Assembly (NCBI GenBank): GCA_020723465.1
Contig: DYIW01000004.1
Coordinates: 1 to 48,774, forward strand
Length of the DNA stretch: 48,774 nucleotides
Direction: 5' to 3'
From: Phycisphaera mikurensis
GTDB taxonomy: Bacteria; Planctomycetota; B15-G4; JADJEK01
The translations under genes were made by a program, and so were the position numbers. Below, piece after piece: positions 17,455-27,563 of this stretch (position 1 is its first letter; each line of letters starts with the position of its first letter). The notes below the pieces were generated by a model, which was given only the letters and a program-made list of their open reading frames with translations, was not told the origin of the DNA and ran no database searches.

Positions 17455-19541
17455 CCCAGTTCAAGCTGTCTCTTCGCATCGACCGCGTCGCGGTTGATGA
17501 GCGCCATCGCGCGGTCGAGCTTGTCCGTGAAGGCAGGCCGGCCGCGCACCGCTTTGCGTAGCTGCCTCAGCACCTGCAGGGTGAGGCGGAAGATGCGCAC
17601 CAGGTCGCCTTCCGAGGCGTTCGTGAGCTGCGCCACCTGCTCGAAGGCGGCGCCCTGGGCGAAGGCCTGGATGACCGCGCCCGGCTGGAAGCCGAGAGGC
17701 CGCACGGTCGGCGCCACACCGTGGCGCCGCTCGGCCTCGATGAGGCGAGCGATCACCGCCTCAACGTCCTTTCTGTGCTCGGCCAGGAGGCGCTTGTCCA
17801 GGCGCCGGTAGACGTCGTTCGGCCGCTCCTCGAAGACGAGCGCGGCGATGACCACCAGCAGCTGCAGCTCCGTGAACCACTCGAGCAGGCCGGAGCAGTT
17901 GAGCTCGGCCACGGTCAGCTCGAAGCCGTTGATCGCCGCCGCCAGCTCGCCCTTGGGCGTGACCTCGTTCTCGCCGGCGATGCAGCCGAGGTCGCGCAGC
18001 AGGGCGAGACGCCGGCTGATGGCCTCCTGCTGCTGGCGCTGGTTCTTCTCGCGCTTCTGCCGCGGCATGCGCACCCACTGGAAGTTGTTGAAGGAGCGCT
18101 CCCACGCCTGGAAGATGCGCGGGCCGAGCGCGCGATGCAGGTTGATGAGCGTGGAGTAGGAGAGGTTGAAGCGGCTGCGAATGGGCTCAATCTGGCCGAA
18201 GAGGATGTTCTCCACGTCGCGCGGGCTGCGCACGCGCGGGTCGTCGATGACGCTGTAGACCAGGCCTTCACTGTCGATGCCCTGGCGGCCGGCGCGCCCC
18301 GCCATTTGCTGGTACTCGCGCGCCTTGATGAAGTCGAAGCCGCAGCCGTCGAACTTGCGCAGGCTCGAGAAGACGACGGTACGCGCCGGCATGTTGATGC
18401 CGAGAGCAAAGGTCTCGGTGGTGAAGAGCAGGCGCAGCAGGCCGGAGGTGAACAGGCGCTCCACCAGCTCCTTGTGCAGGGGCAGCAGGCCGGCGTGGTG
18501 GTAGCTGACGCCGTGCAGGGCGAGGACGCGCAGCTCCTCGAGGGTTGCGTCGCGCCGCATCTGGAACTGGGCACAGACCTCGTCGAAGCGCTGGTCCATG
18601 CGGAGCTGCGTCGCGGGATCGAGCAGGCCGCGCTCCAGGTTGTTGCGCGCGCGCCGTTCGCACTCCTTGCGGCTGAAGCAGAAGAACAGCACCGGCATGG
18701 TGCCGTTCTGCTGCACCAGGTCGATGACGTTGTGCTTGGGCCCGCGCGTGCGCTTCTTCGGGCCGGGTCTGGGGAAGCGGGTGGACTTGTCCGCGCGCAC
18801 CGGGCCGTGGCCGGGGAAGAAGAGATAGTGCCGGAGCGGGACCGGACGTTCGCCGTGACGGATGATCTCCAGCGGCGTGCCGCGCGTCAGGCGGATCCAC
18901 TGGCCGAACTGCCCGAGATTCGAGACCGTGGCCGACAGGCAGATGAACTTGATCTGCGGCGGGGCGAAGATGATCGACTCCTCCCAGACGGTGCCCCGCT
19001 CGAGATCATCCATGTAGTGGATCTCGTCGAAGACGACGTACTCGACGTCGCCCAGCTCCGCCGGCGCCTCGAAGACCGCGTTGCGGAAGATCTCGGTGGT
19101 CATCACCAGGAGCGGCGCGCCCGGGTTGATGGTCACGTCGCCGGTCATGATGCCGACGTCGATGCTCGGGTCGGCCTTGAAGTCGCGGTACTTCTGGTTG
19201 GAGAGGGCCTTGATGGGCGCGGTATAGATGGCGCGGCGTCCCCGCTTGAGGGTCTCCTCGATGGCGTACTCCGCCACCAGCGTCTTCCCTGCGCCGGTGG
19301 GGGCGGAAAGCAGCACGGAGCGGCCGGCGGCGATGGCGTCGAGCGCCTCCTCCTGGAAGGGATTCAGAACCAGCCCCCGATAGGTGCGGCGCGCGGCCGG
19401 GGAGGCGGCGGAGGCGCGTCTGAGGGCTTCCTTCAAGCTCGCGAGAGGGCTCCAGCGGGAGAGAGGGGATACGGCATTCTCAGCGGAGGCGCCGGGAAAG
19501 GCAACGGGAAACCACGGGCGCGCCGGGTCGCGCGCCCGCAT
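17451..19541 (-). CDS. Ski2-like DEAD/DEAH-box RNA helicase (HelY-like)
   Basis: 696 aa. Motif I SAPTGAGKTLVAEYA, motif II FDEIHYMDD, motif III LSATVSN, motif VI QMAGRAGRQG, and a C-terminal DSHCT-like region. Its stop overlaps the sppA stop by 4 nt (convergent). Confidence 0.85.
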   Translation of the reverse strand: MRARDPARPWFPVAFPGASAENAVSPLSRWSPLASLKEALRRASAASPAARRTYRGLVLNPFQEEALDAIAAGRSVLLSAPTGAGKTLVAEYAIEETLKRGRRAIYTAPIKALSNQKYRDFKADPSIDVGIMTGDVTINPGAPLLVMTTEIFRNAVFEAPAELGDVEYVVFDEIHYMDDLERGTVWEESIIFAPPQIKFICLSATVSNLGQFGQWIRLTRGTPLEIIRHGERPVPLRHYLFFPGHGPVRADKSTRFPRPGPKKRTRGPKHNVIDLVQQNGTMPVLFFCFSRKECERRARNNLERGLLDPATQLRMDQRFDEVCAQFQMRRDATLEELRVLALHGVSYHHAGLLPLHKELVERLFTSGLLRLLFTTETFALGINMPARTVVFSSLRKFDGCGFDFIKAREYQQMAGRAGRQGIDSEGLVYSVIDDPRVRSPRDVENILFGQIEPIRSRFNLSYSTLINLHRALGPRIFQAWERSFNNFQWVRMPRQKREKNQRQQQEAISRRLALLRDLGCIAGENEVTPKGELAAAINGFELTVAELNCSGLLEWFTELQLLVVIAALVFEERPNDVYRRLDKRLLAEHRKDVEAVIARLIEAERRHGVAPTVRPLGFQPGAVIQAFAQGAAFEQVAQLTNASEGDLVRIFRLTLQVLRQLRKAVRGRPAFTDKLDRAMALINRDAVDAKRQLELG

Positions 19542-19548
19542 TTCCTGC

Positions 19549-19578
19549 TTGTCGGCCGCGCGCCGCTCCTGCTAGATT
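19549..19578 (+). promoter_or_regulatory. candidate sigma70-type promoter TTGTCG-18-TAGATT
   Basis: Read in the divergent gap between the helicase start (19541) and the 87-aa ORF (19671). Hexamer match only. Confidence 0.25.
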
Positions 19579-19670
19579 GCGGCGCAGTCGGGTAGGGAGC
19601 GGCGACGCCTCCCCCTGGCTTCCTGTCCAAGAGAGCATCCGGAATCAGCAACCCCGAGGGGGATCCTGAA

Positions 19671-19934
19671 ATGGAAAAAGCCACAGGTGGCGCCGCGGAA
19701 GGCATCGCGCGGCGGCTCAGTGCGGTGAAGGTCGTCGTGGACCTGTTCAACCACGAGTTGGACCTGCACAAGGCCGACAGGGCGATCAACCTCGATCGCG
19801 AGCGGCTCGACTCGATGGTGACGACCCTGGAGATGTACATCGGCGACATCGAGGGCCTGCTGCGCAGCACGGGAGGCACGGAGGAGCGGCGCGTCGTCGA
19901 GACCACCAGAGCGACGGCCACCCGCGTCACCTGA
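19671..19934 (+). CDS. hypothetical small helical protein (87 aa)
   Basis: ATG preceded by GAGGGGGA. Third positions are strongly G/C. No TM segment and no recognised motif. Directly upstream of the FtsQ-like gene. Confidence 0.55.
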   Translation: MEKATGGAAEGIARRLSAVKVVVDLFNHELDLHKADRAINLDRERLDSMVTTLEMYIGDIEGLLRSTGGTEERRVVETTRATATRVT

Positions 19935-19986
19935 TCGCCCGCGCTGACCACGGTCGGCCCGCGAGCCGACTGAAGGCGATCGAGGC

Positions 19987-20949
19987 ATGACCAGGAGGCA
20001 AGGGAAGGGCGGCCGGGATGCCGCGGACCCGCAGCGCTGGCGGCGGGCCGCCACGCCGGCCGCGCGCCTGCTGGCCGCAGTGGTCGTCCTTTCGTGCCTC
20101 GGCCTGGCGGCACGCCATCTCGCGGGAATCGCCCGGGAGGACCGGCGCTTCGTCGTGGATCCGGCGACCACCGTGGCGGTCGCCGCGCCTTCCTGGCTGC
20201 CGCCGCCGGTGGCCGATCTCATCCGCGCCGACCTGGGCGAGAGCGACGAGGTGTCGATCTTCGACCAGGATTTCGCCTCCCGCCTGGCGAACGCGCTCGG
20301 TTGCGCGTCTCCCTGGATCGCCGCGGTGAGCGGCGTCGAACGGCTCTTTCCGAACCGCGCGCAGGTCGACCTGGTGCTGCGGAAGCCCCTGGTCGCCATC
20401 GAGAACGGCGCGCGCCGCTACCTCGTGGATGAGGCGGGCGTCATCGTCCATGCGGAGCCCCGGGACGCGGATTCCCTCTTCGACTATCCGATCCTGCCGG
20501 TGAACGGCCTGGTGCTCGCTCGTGCACCGCTCGTCGGCTGCCGGGCAGAAGACCCAGAAGTCATTTCTGCTGCTCAGGTTGCGGCGGAAATCCTGGCTCT
20601 GCGCGAGCCGGCTGCACGCCTCATCCGGCAGACCGCGCCCGTGGCCTTCGAGGTGCGGAGGTCGGTCCAGGGAGCGATCGTGGCGCGGGGCGAGGTCCAC
20701 CTGGTCACCGCCTCGGGGGCTCTCGTGGAGTGGGGCCGTGCACGCAGCTCCAAGGACTTCGGCCTGAACGACATTCCGGTGGAGACCAAGATCGAACACC
20801 TGCGCCGCATCCTCGAGGTGTTCCCGGGCCTGGCGGGTCTCGAGGAGGCGCGTCTGAACTTCGAGTACCCTCATTACCGGCCGATTGGCGGCAGCCTGCT
20901 CTTCCTGCCTCGCGCGGAGCGGGCCACAGAAGCCGCCGCTGGTTCTTGA
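19987..20949 (+). CDS. FtsQ-like cell-division protein (TM + POTRA)
   Basis: 320 aa. Basic N-terminus, TM segment LLAAVVVLSCLGLAA, then a POTRA/FtsQ-like segment SPWIAAVSGVERLFPNRAQVDLVLRKPLVAIENGARRYLVDEAGVIV. Confidence 0.55.
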   Translation: MTRRQGKGGRDAADPQRWRRAATPAARLLAAVVVLSCLGLAARHLAGIAREDRRFVVDPATTVAVAAPSWLPPPVADLIRADLGESDEVSIFDQDFASRLANALGCASPWIAAVSGVERLFPNRAQVDLVLRKPLVAIENGARRYLVDEAGVIVHAEPRDADSLFDYPILPVNGLVLARAPLVGCRAEDPEVISAAQVAAEILALREPAARLIRQTAPVAFEVRRSVQGAIVARGEVHLVTASGALVEWGRARSSKDFGLNDIPVETKIEHLRRILEVFPGLAGLEEARLNFEYPHYRPIGGSLLFLPRAERATEAAAGS

Positions 20950-20973
20950 CTTCGGCGAGGCAGCAGCTAAAGT
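20946..20973 (+). promoter_or_regulatory. candidate promoter TTGACT-16-TAAAGT for rplM-rpsI
   Basis: Hexamers read directly, about 80 nt upstream of the rplM ATG. The -35 overlaps the stop codon of the FtsQ-like gene. Confidence 0.35.
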
Positions 20974-21051
20974 CGCTCGTTTTGCGCCGCGGGCCGGAAC
21001 TGTCTGGCGGGCGCAGCCCTCGCGAGCGAGCGATCAGACTGGAGCGGATTC

Positions 21052-21489
21052 ATGGGTTCGTACGTGGCCAAGCCCGAGGAGGTGCAGCGCCGCTGGCTGG
21101 TCGTCGATGGCACGGACCAGGTCCTCGGGCGGCTCGCCGTCCGCATCGCCACGGTGCTGATGGGCAAGCACCGTCCCGTCTACACTCCGCATGTCGATAC
21201 GGGCGACTTCGTGATCGTGGTCAACGCGGACAAGGTGAAGGTGTCGCCGCCCGACCGGGCGCGCACGCGGCTCCTCACCTACCATACCGGCTGGCTGGGC
21301 GGACTCAGGCGAGAGCCGATGACCGAGGTGTTCGAACGTAGTCCGGCCCGGGTGGTGCAGCTCGCGGTGCGCCGCATGCTGCCCAAGAACAAACTGGGGC
21401 GCAAGCTGTTCGCCAAGCTCAAGGTGTACGCGGGCCCGCAGCATCCGCACACCGCCCAGCAGCCTCAGCTCTTTCCCGAGACCGTCTGA
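21052..21489 (+). CDS. rplM: 50S ribosomal protein L13
   Basis: 145 aa. AKPEEVQRRWLVVDGTDQVLGRLAVRIATVLMGKHRPVYTPHVDTGDFVIVVNADKV. Confidence 0.95.
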   Translation: MGSYVAKPEEVQRRWLVVDGTDQVLGRLAVRIATVLMGKHRPVYTPHVDTGDFVIVVNADKVKVSPPDRARTRLLTYHTGWLGGLRREPMTEVFERSPARVVQLAVRRMLPKNKLGRKLFAKLKVYAGPQHPHTAQQPQLFPETV

Positions 21490-21509
21490 GAAAGCGCGAG
21501 TGGAGCGAA

Positions 21510-21986
21510 ATGGAGCCTGAGGAAACGACCAGCACCGACCAGACCGAAGGAATCCAGACACCGCCGGCGCCAGAGCTGCCGGCCGCGCCGCTGGTGCTCG
21601 ACCGGTTCGTCTGGGGCACGGGCCGGCGCAAGTCGTCGGTCGCGCGCGTGCGCGTGAAGAGCGGCACTGGCACCATCATGGTCAACGGCCGGGAATGCCG
21701 CGTTTACTTTCCCACGCAGCAGGCGCAGCTCACGGTGATCGGCCCGCTGCGCGCGACGAGCACGGCGGACAAGTTCGACGTGTTCGTGAGCGTGTCGGGC
21801 GGAGGGATCACGGGCCAGGCCGGCGCGGTGGCGCTGGGCATCGGCCGCGCTCTCAAGGCCATCGAGCCGGGCTTCGAGGCGGCGCTGCGCGAGAACGGGC
21901 ATCTCACGCGCGACAGCCGCATGAAGGAGCGCAAGAAGTACGGGCTGCGCGGGGCGCGACGCGCCTTCCAGTTCTCCAAGCGCTGA
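21510..21986 (+). CDS. rpsI: 30S ribosomal protein S9 (with ~30-aa N-terminal extension)
   Basis: 158 aa. GTGRRKSSVARVRV..., C-terminus KKYGLRGARRAFQFSKR. Confidence 0.95.
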   Translation: MEPEETTSTDQTEGIQTPPAPELPAAPLVLDRFVWGTGRRKSSVARVRVKSGTGTIMVNGRECRVYFPTQQAQLTVIGPLRATSTADKFDVFVSVSGGGITGQAGAVALGIGRALKAIEPGFEAALRENGHLTRDSRMKERKKYGLRGARRAFQFSKR

Positions 21987-22107
21987 ACCGAGGACCGTGT
22001 GTCAGTTCGCCATCCTCCGGCACCGCGCGGCGGCGGAGGAGGCGTGGTAGGCTGGTGCTACGGCATCGCGGACGCTTCGGGCGTGGAGCGCGGGGCGGTT
22101 CACGGAC

Positions 22108-22860
22108 ATGGCAGGTCATTCACACTCGGCCAACATCCAGCACCGCAAGGCGGCGGTGGACGCCAAGAAGGGGGCGATCTTCTCCAAGCATGCCAAGCTC
22201 ATCACCAGCGCGGCCCGCATCGGCGGGGGAGATCCGGCGATGAACGCGCGCCTGGCGCTGGCGATCGAGAAGGCGCGCGCCGACAACATGCCCAAGGAAC
22301 GCATCGACCGCGCCATCAAGCGTGGCACCGGCGAATTGGCGGGCCAGGCCTTCGAGGAGATCCGCTACGAGGCATACGGACCCGGCGGCGTGGCCATGCT
22401 GGTGGACTGCCTGACGGACAACCGCAACCGCACGGCCTCCGAGATGCGCAAGCTCCTGGAGAGGTTCGGCGGGAGGTTGGCGGACGCGGGTTCGGTCGCC
22501 TGGATGTTCGAGGCTCGGGCCCGGGTAGAAGTCGCTGTCGAGGGCGTGGACGAGGACCGGCTGACGGAAGCAGTGATGGATCTGGGAGCCGAGGATCTGC
22601 GCCGGGAAGGAGATCAGTTCGTGGTCCTTGCCGAGCCGACCGCGCTCGCGCCTCTGCACAAGGGGCTGGTGGCGGCCGGCTACCCGGCGCACAAGGCCGA
22701 GATCGCGATGATCCCGCAGAACCTCGTGACCCTCGACCGCACGAACGCCGAGAGGATCCTGAAGCTCCTCGCCGCCTTCGACGAGCACGACGACGTGCAG
22801 GCATCGCACTCGAACCTCGAGATCCCGGACGACATAATTCGCGAGTTGAGCGCGAGTTAG
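22108..22860 (+). CDS. yebC: YebC/PmpR family DNA-binding transcriptional regulator
   Basis: 250 aa. MAGHSHSANIQHRKAAVDAKKGAIFSKHAKLI...NMPKERIDRAIKRG. Confidence 0.93.
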   Translation: MAGHSHSANIQHRKAAVDAKKGAIFSKHAKLITSAARIGGGDPAMNARLALAIEKARADNMPKERIDRAIKRGTGELAGQAFEEIRYEAYGPGGVAMLVDCLTDNRNRTASEMRKLLERFGGRLADAGSVAWMFEARARVEVAVEGVDEDRLTEAVMDLGAEDLRREGDQFVVLAEPTALAPLHKGLVAAGYPAHKAEIAMIPQNLVTLDRTNAERILKLLAAFDEHDDVQASHSNLEIPDDIIRELSAS

Positions 22861-23013
22861 CGGTTGCACCGCGGGCTGTGTGATCGCGCTGGCGGGAACA
22901 TTTTTCCTTCAAGCGGCGCGCTCCCTTGGTCGATAAGAGCTCGGAGGTCCTTCACGGCGCGTCGCGGGCGGCTGGGCGCCGGACGCCGCCGCGCGGCCTC
23001 ACGGGAGGTCAGA

Positions 23014-24003
23014 ATGGCCGAAAGCAAGCGCGCGGTCGTGGCCAGGCTCGCGAGCGAGTCGCGGAGCGCGGTGCGCCGATTCCTGGAAGGGCGGGGCTAC
23101 CGGGTGGAGGAAGCGCAGGACGGGGTCGACGCGTTGAACCTCTTGCGCCAGGAGGGCGCGGACCTGATCGTGGCCGACGGAATCCTGCCGAAGCTCTCGG
23201 GCTTCGAGCTCTGCCGCGAGGCCAAGGCCCTGGCGTCCCCGCGGCCGCTGCCGGTCGCCCTGGTCCTGGAAGACGGCGACGCCTACGGCCGGGGCCGCGC
23301 TCGTGCCGAGGGAGCGGACCTGATCCTGTGCGAGCCGCTGCTCGCGGACGACCTGGAGGAGATCGCGCAGGCGCGCGTCGCCCCCGAGGTACAGGCGCAG
23401 AGCGTCCTGACCGGGCGTTCTCCCACGCGCGACCGCTTCCTCAAGGAACTTCTGCGCACCGGTCCGGCGGCGAGCGACCCCATCGTGAGCAAGATCTCCG
23501 ACTCGCTCACCGGCCTGCACCACAAGGCGTACATGACCCTGAAGCTCGAGGAGGAGTTCAAGAAGGCGCAGCGCTACGGCCAGCCGCTGGCGATCCTGCT
23601 GGTCGACGTGGAGAACTACGCCGAGGTCAGCCGCACCTGCGGCAAGCCGGTGGCGCAGGAGATCCTGCTCGAGGTGGCCGGCATCTTCCTCTGTGAATCG
23701 CGCGACGTGGACTGCGCCGGCCGCGTGGACGACGCGCGCTTCCTGCTGCTCCTGCCGCACACCACCCTCGAGGGCGCGCGCCGCATGGCGGACCGCGTCT
23801 TCCAGCAGGTCTGCTCGCGCACGGTCAGCGCCGGCCCGGAGGAGATCGCGATCCGCGCCAGCGTCGGCATCGCGGCGCTGCCGAGCGAGGACGTCACGAC
23901 CGTCGAGGACTTCGTGGAAAGGGCGCTGCGCGCCATGCGCACCGCCTCGAACCTGGGCGGCAACCGCATCTGCGCCTGGGGGGACGGGGCGGTGGTGAAG
24001 TAG
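23014..24003 (+). CDS. receiver-like domain + degenerate GGDEF domain protein (I-site RxxD retained)
   Basis: Trimmed to the ATG at 23014, with GGGAGG upstream. REC-like N-terminus with Asp in IVAD. GGDEF fold (DSLTGLHHKAYM...AILLVDVENYAEV) whose signature reads DDARF (23728-23742) instead of GGDEF, preceded by RDVD (23701-12). Confidence 0.85.
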   Translation: MAESKRAVVARLASESRSAVRRFLEGRGYRVEEAQDGVDALNLLRQEGADLIVADGILPKLSGFELCREAKALASPRPLPVALVLEDGDAYGRGRARAEGADLILCEPLLADDLEEIAQARVAPEVQAQSVLTGRSPTRDRFLKELLRTGPAASDPIVSKISDSLTGLHHKAYMTLKLEEEFKKAQRYGQPLAILLVDVENYAEVSRTCGKPVAQEILLEVAGIFLCESRDVDCAGRVDDARFLLLLPHTTLEGARRMADRVFQQVCSRTVSAGPEEIAIRASVGIAALPSEDVTTVEDFVERALRAMRTASNLGGNRICAWGDGAVVK

Positions 24004-24013
24004 CAGGAAGCTG

Positions 24014-24041
24014 TCAGCTTTCAGCGATCAGCTTTCAGCCG
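24014..24041. repeat. heptanucleotide tandem repeat (TCAGCNN) x4
   Basis: tcagctt tcagcga tcagctt tcagccg, read directly between the convergent GGDEF and ppdK genes. Confidence 0.6.
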
Positions 24042-24050
24042 GGAGGGGAG

Positions 24051-24088
24051 GGCGGGGCCCGCCGCGGATGGCCGCGGCGGGCCCCGCC
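24051..24088. terminator. 17-bp perfect GC-rich hairpin (likely bidirectional terminator)
   Basis: ggcggggcccgccgcgg / atgg loop / ccgcggcgggccccgcc. It lies between two convergent stop codons (24003 and 24108). There is no U-tract on either side. Confidence 0.5.
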
Positions 24089-24107
24089 CGTTGACCTGAG
24101 GGAGCGG

Positions 24108-26744
<2,637 letters not shown>

Positions 26745-26765
26745 GGTTCTCCTCTCGTCGGCCCG

Positions 26766-27371
26766 TCACGGGGCCGCTTGGCTCGTCTTGTCGACTGCCT
26801 GCACTGCCTGGTCGAGGCCCGGCAGGGACGCGATGACCCACCGGGACCTCAGTTCGATGCGTTGGATGGGCTTGACCGGTTCGGCCGGCAGATCCCGGTC
26901 CTGGATCACCGCCAGCACCTGGTCGGACCCGGCGCGGCGCGCCGTCACGCGGTCCGCATACTCCCGGGTGACGGACCCGTCCGGATGCGCCAGTAGGTAC
27001 TCGGGTTCGTTCACCAGCAGCACCTCCAGGACGCCCTCGCCCGTGTCGATGCTGGCCACGGCGCTGTTGCCGTCCTCGCCGTAGGCCACGGCGATGCGCT
27101 CCTCGAGGTCGCTCAGCCCGAGGTAGGCGACGAGCAGGGGATGCTCGCGCCGGAACACCTCGCGCCCGACGGCGTAGGCGCTCAGGCCGCCGAAGGCCTG
27201 CTTGACGTCGCTGGAGAAGCAGCGGTACTCCAGGTCGGCGGCGTCGTCGCAACTGAAGGCCTGGCGGAAGGAGTCGAGCGTGCTCTCCGGAGTGCGGAGA
27301 TCGACGTCCTGAGGACAGGCGCAACCCGCCGCTGCGAGCATGCACGGCATGATGGAACCCGGAAAGCGCAT
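26766..27371 (-). CDS. hypothetical protein (possible lipoprotein)
   Basis: 201 aa. N-terminus ...MLAAAGCACP has a weak lipobox. It sits 21 nt upstream of ppdK on the same strand. No recognised domain. Confidence 0.55.
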   Translation of the reverse strand: MRFPGSIMPCMLAAAGCACPQDVDLRTPESTLDSFRQAFSCDDAADLEYRCFSSDVKQAFGGLSAYAVGREVFRREHPLLVAYLGLSDLEERIAVAYGEDGNSAVASIDTGEGVLEVLLVNEPEYLLAHPDGSVTREYADRVTARRAGSDQVLAVIQDRDLPAEPVKPIQRIELRSRWVIASLPGLDQAVQAVDKTSQAAP

Positions 27372-27532
27372 AAGCCCGACAGCCTAGAGGATCGGCCGGG
27401 AGCTTTCATCTGGAGATTCGCCCGCGCGCCCCGGGTTTTCGCGTGCGGTTACGGCCGCGCCGCGGGCTGGCCCTCGGCGGCGCCGTCGTTACACTCTGGC
27501 GCTGCGCACGCTAGACCGTTCGAAGGACCAGT

Positions 27533-27558
27533 GACCTCCGCAGGAGGACCTCCGCAGG
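27533..27558 (+). repeat. 14-nt tandem duplication (12-nt core GACCTCCGCAGG x2) spanning the pilB Shine-Dalgarno
   Basis: gacctccgcagg at 27533-27544 and again at 27547-27558. AGGAGG (27542-27547) lies at the junction. The pilB ATG is at 27564. Confidence 0.6.
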
Positions 27559-27563
27559 GCCCG

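Noticed and set aside
22864-23013. N-terminal extensions of ORF-track entries: 22864-23013, 12650-12775, 12630-12749, 7672-7845, 6941-7069, 27141-27563, 15334-15621, 39171-39239, 10102-10680.
   Set aside because: The extensions translate to Arg/Gly/Pro-rich non-protein-like sequence and overlap neighbouring genes or promoters. In most cases an internal ATG preceded by a Shine-Dalgarno-like sequence (the rsmA start instead overlaps the upstream stop as ATGA) lines up with the family's normal N-terminus.
26745-26768. The hypothetical gene 26766-27371 and ppdK are in the same frame, separated by TGA plus 7 codons. This raised a possible Sec readthrough or fusion, given selB in the window.
   Set aside because: PPDK begins with its normal N-terminus (MTEQLVFFFGEGKADG) and has its own GAGGAG RBS. 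No SECIS-like hairpin follows the TGA. The shared frame is most likely coincidence.
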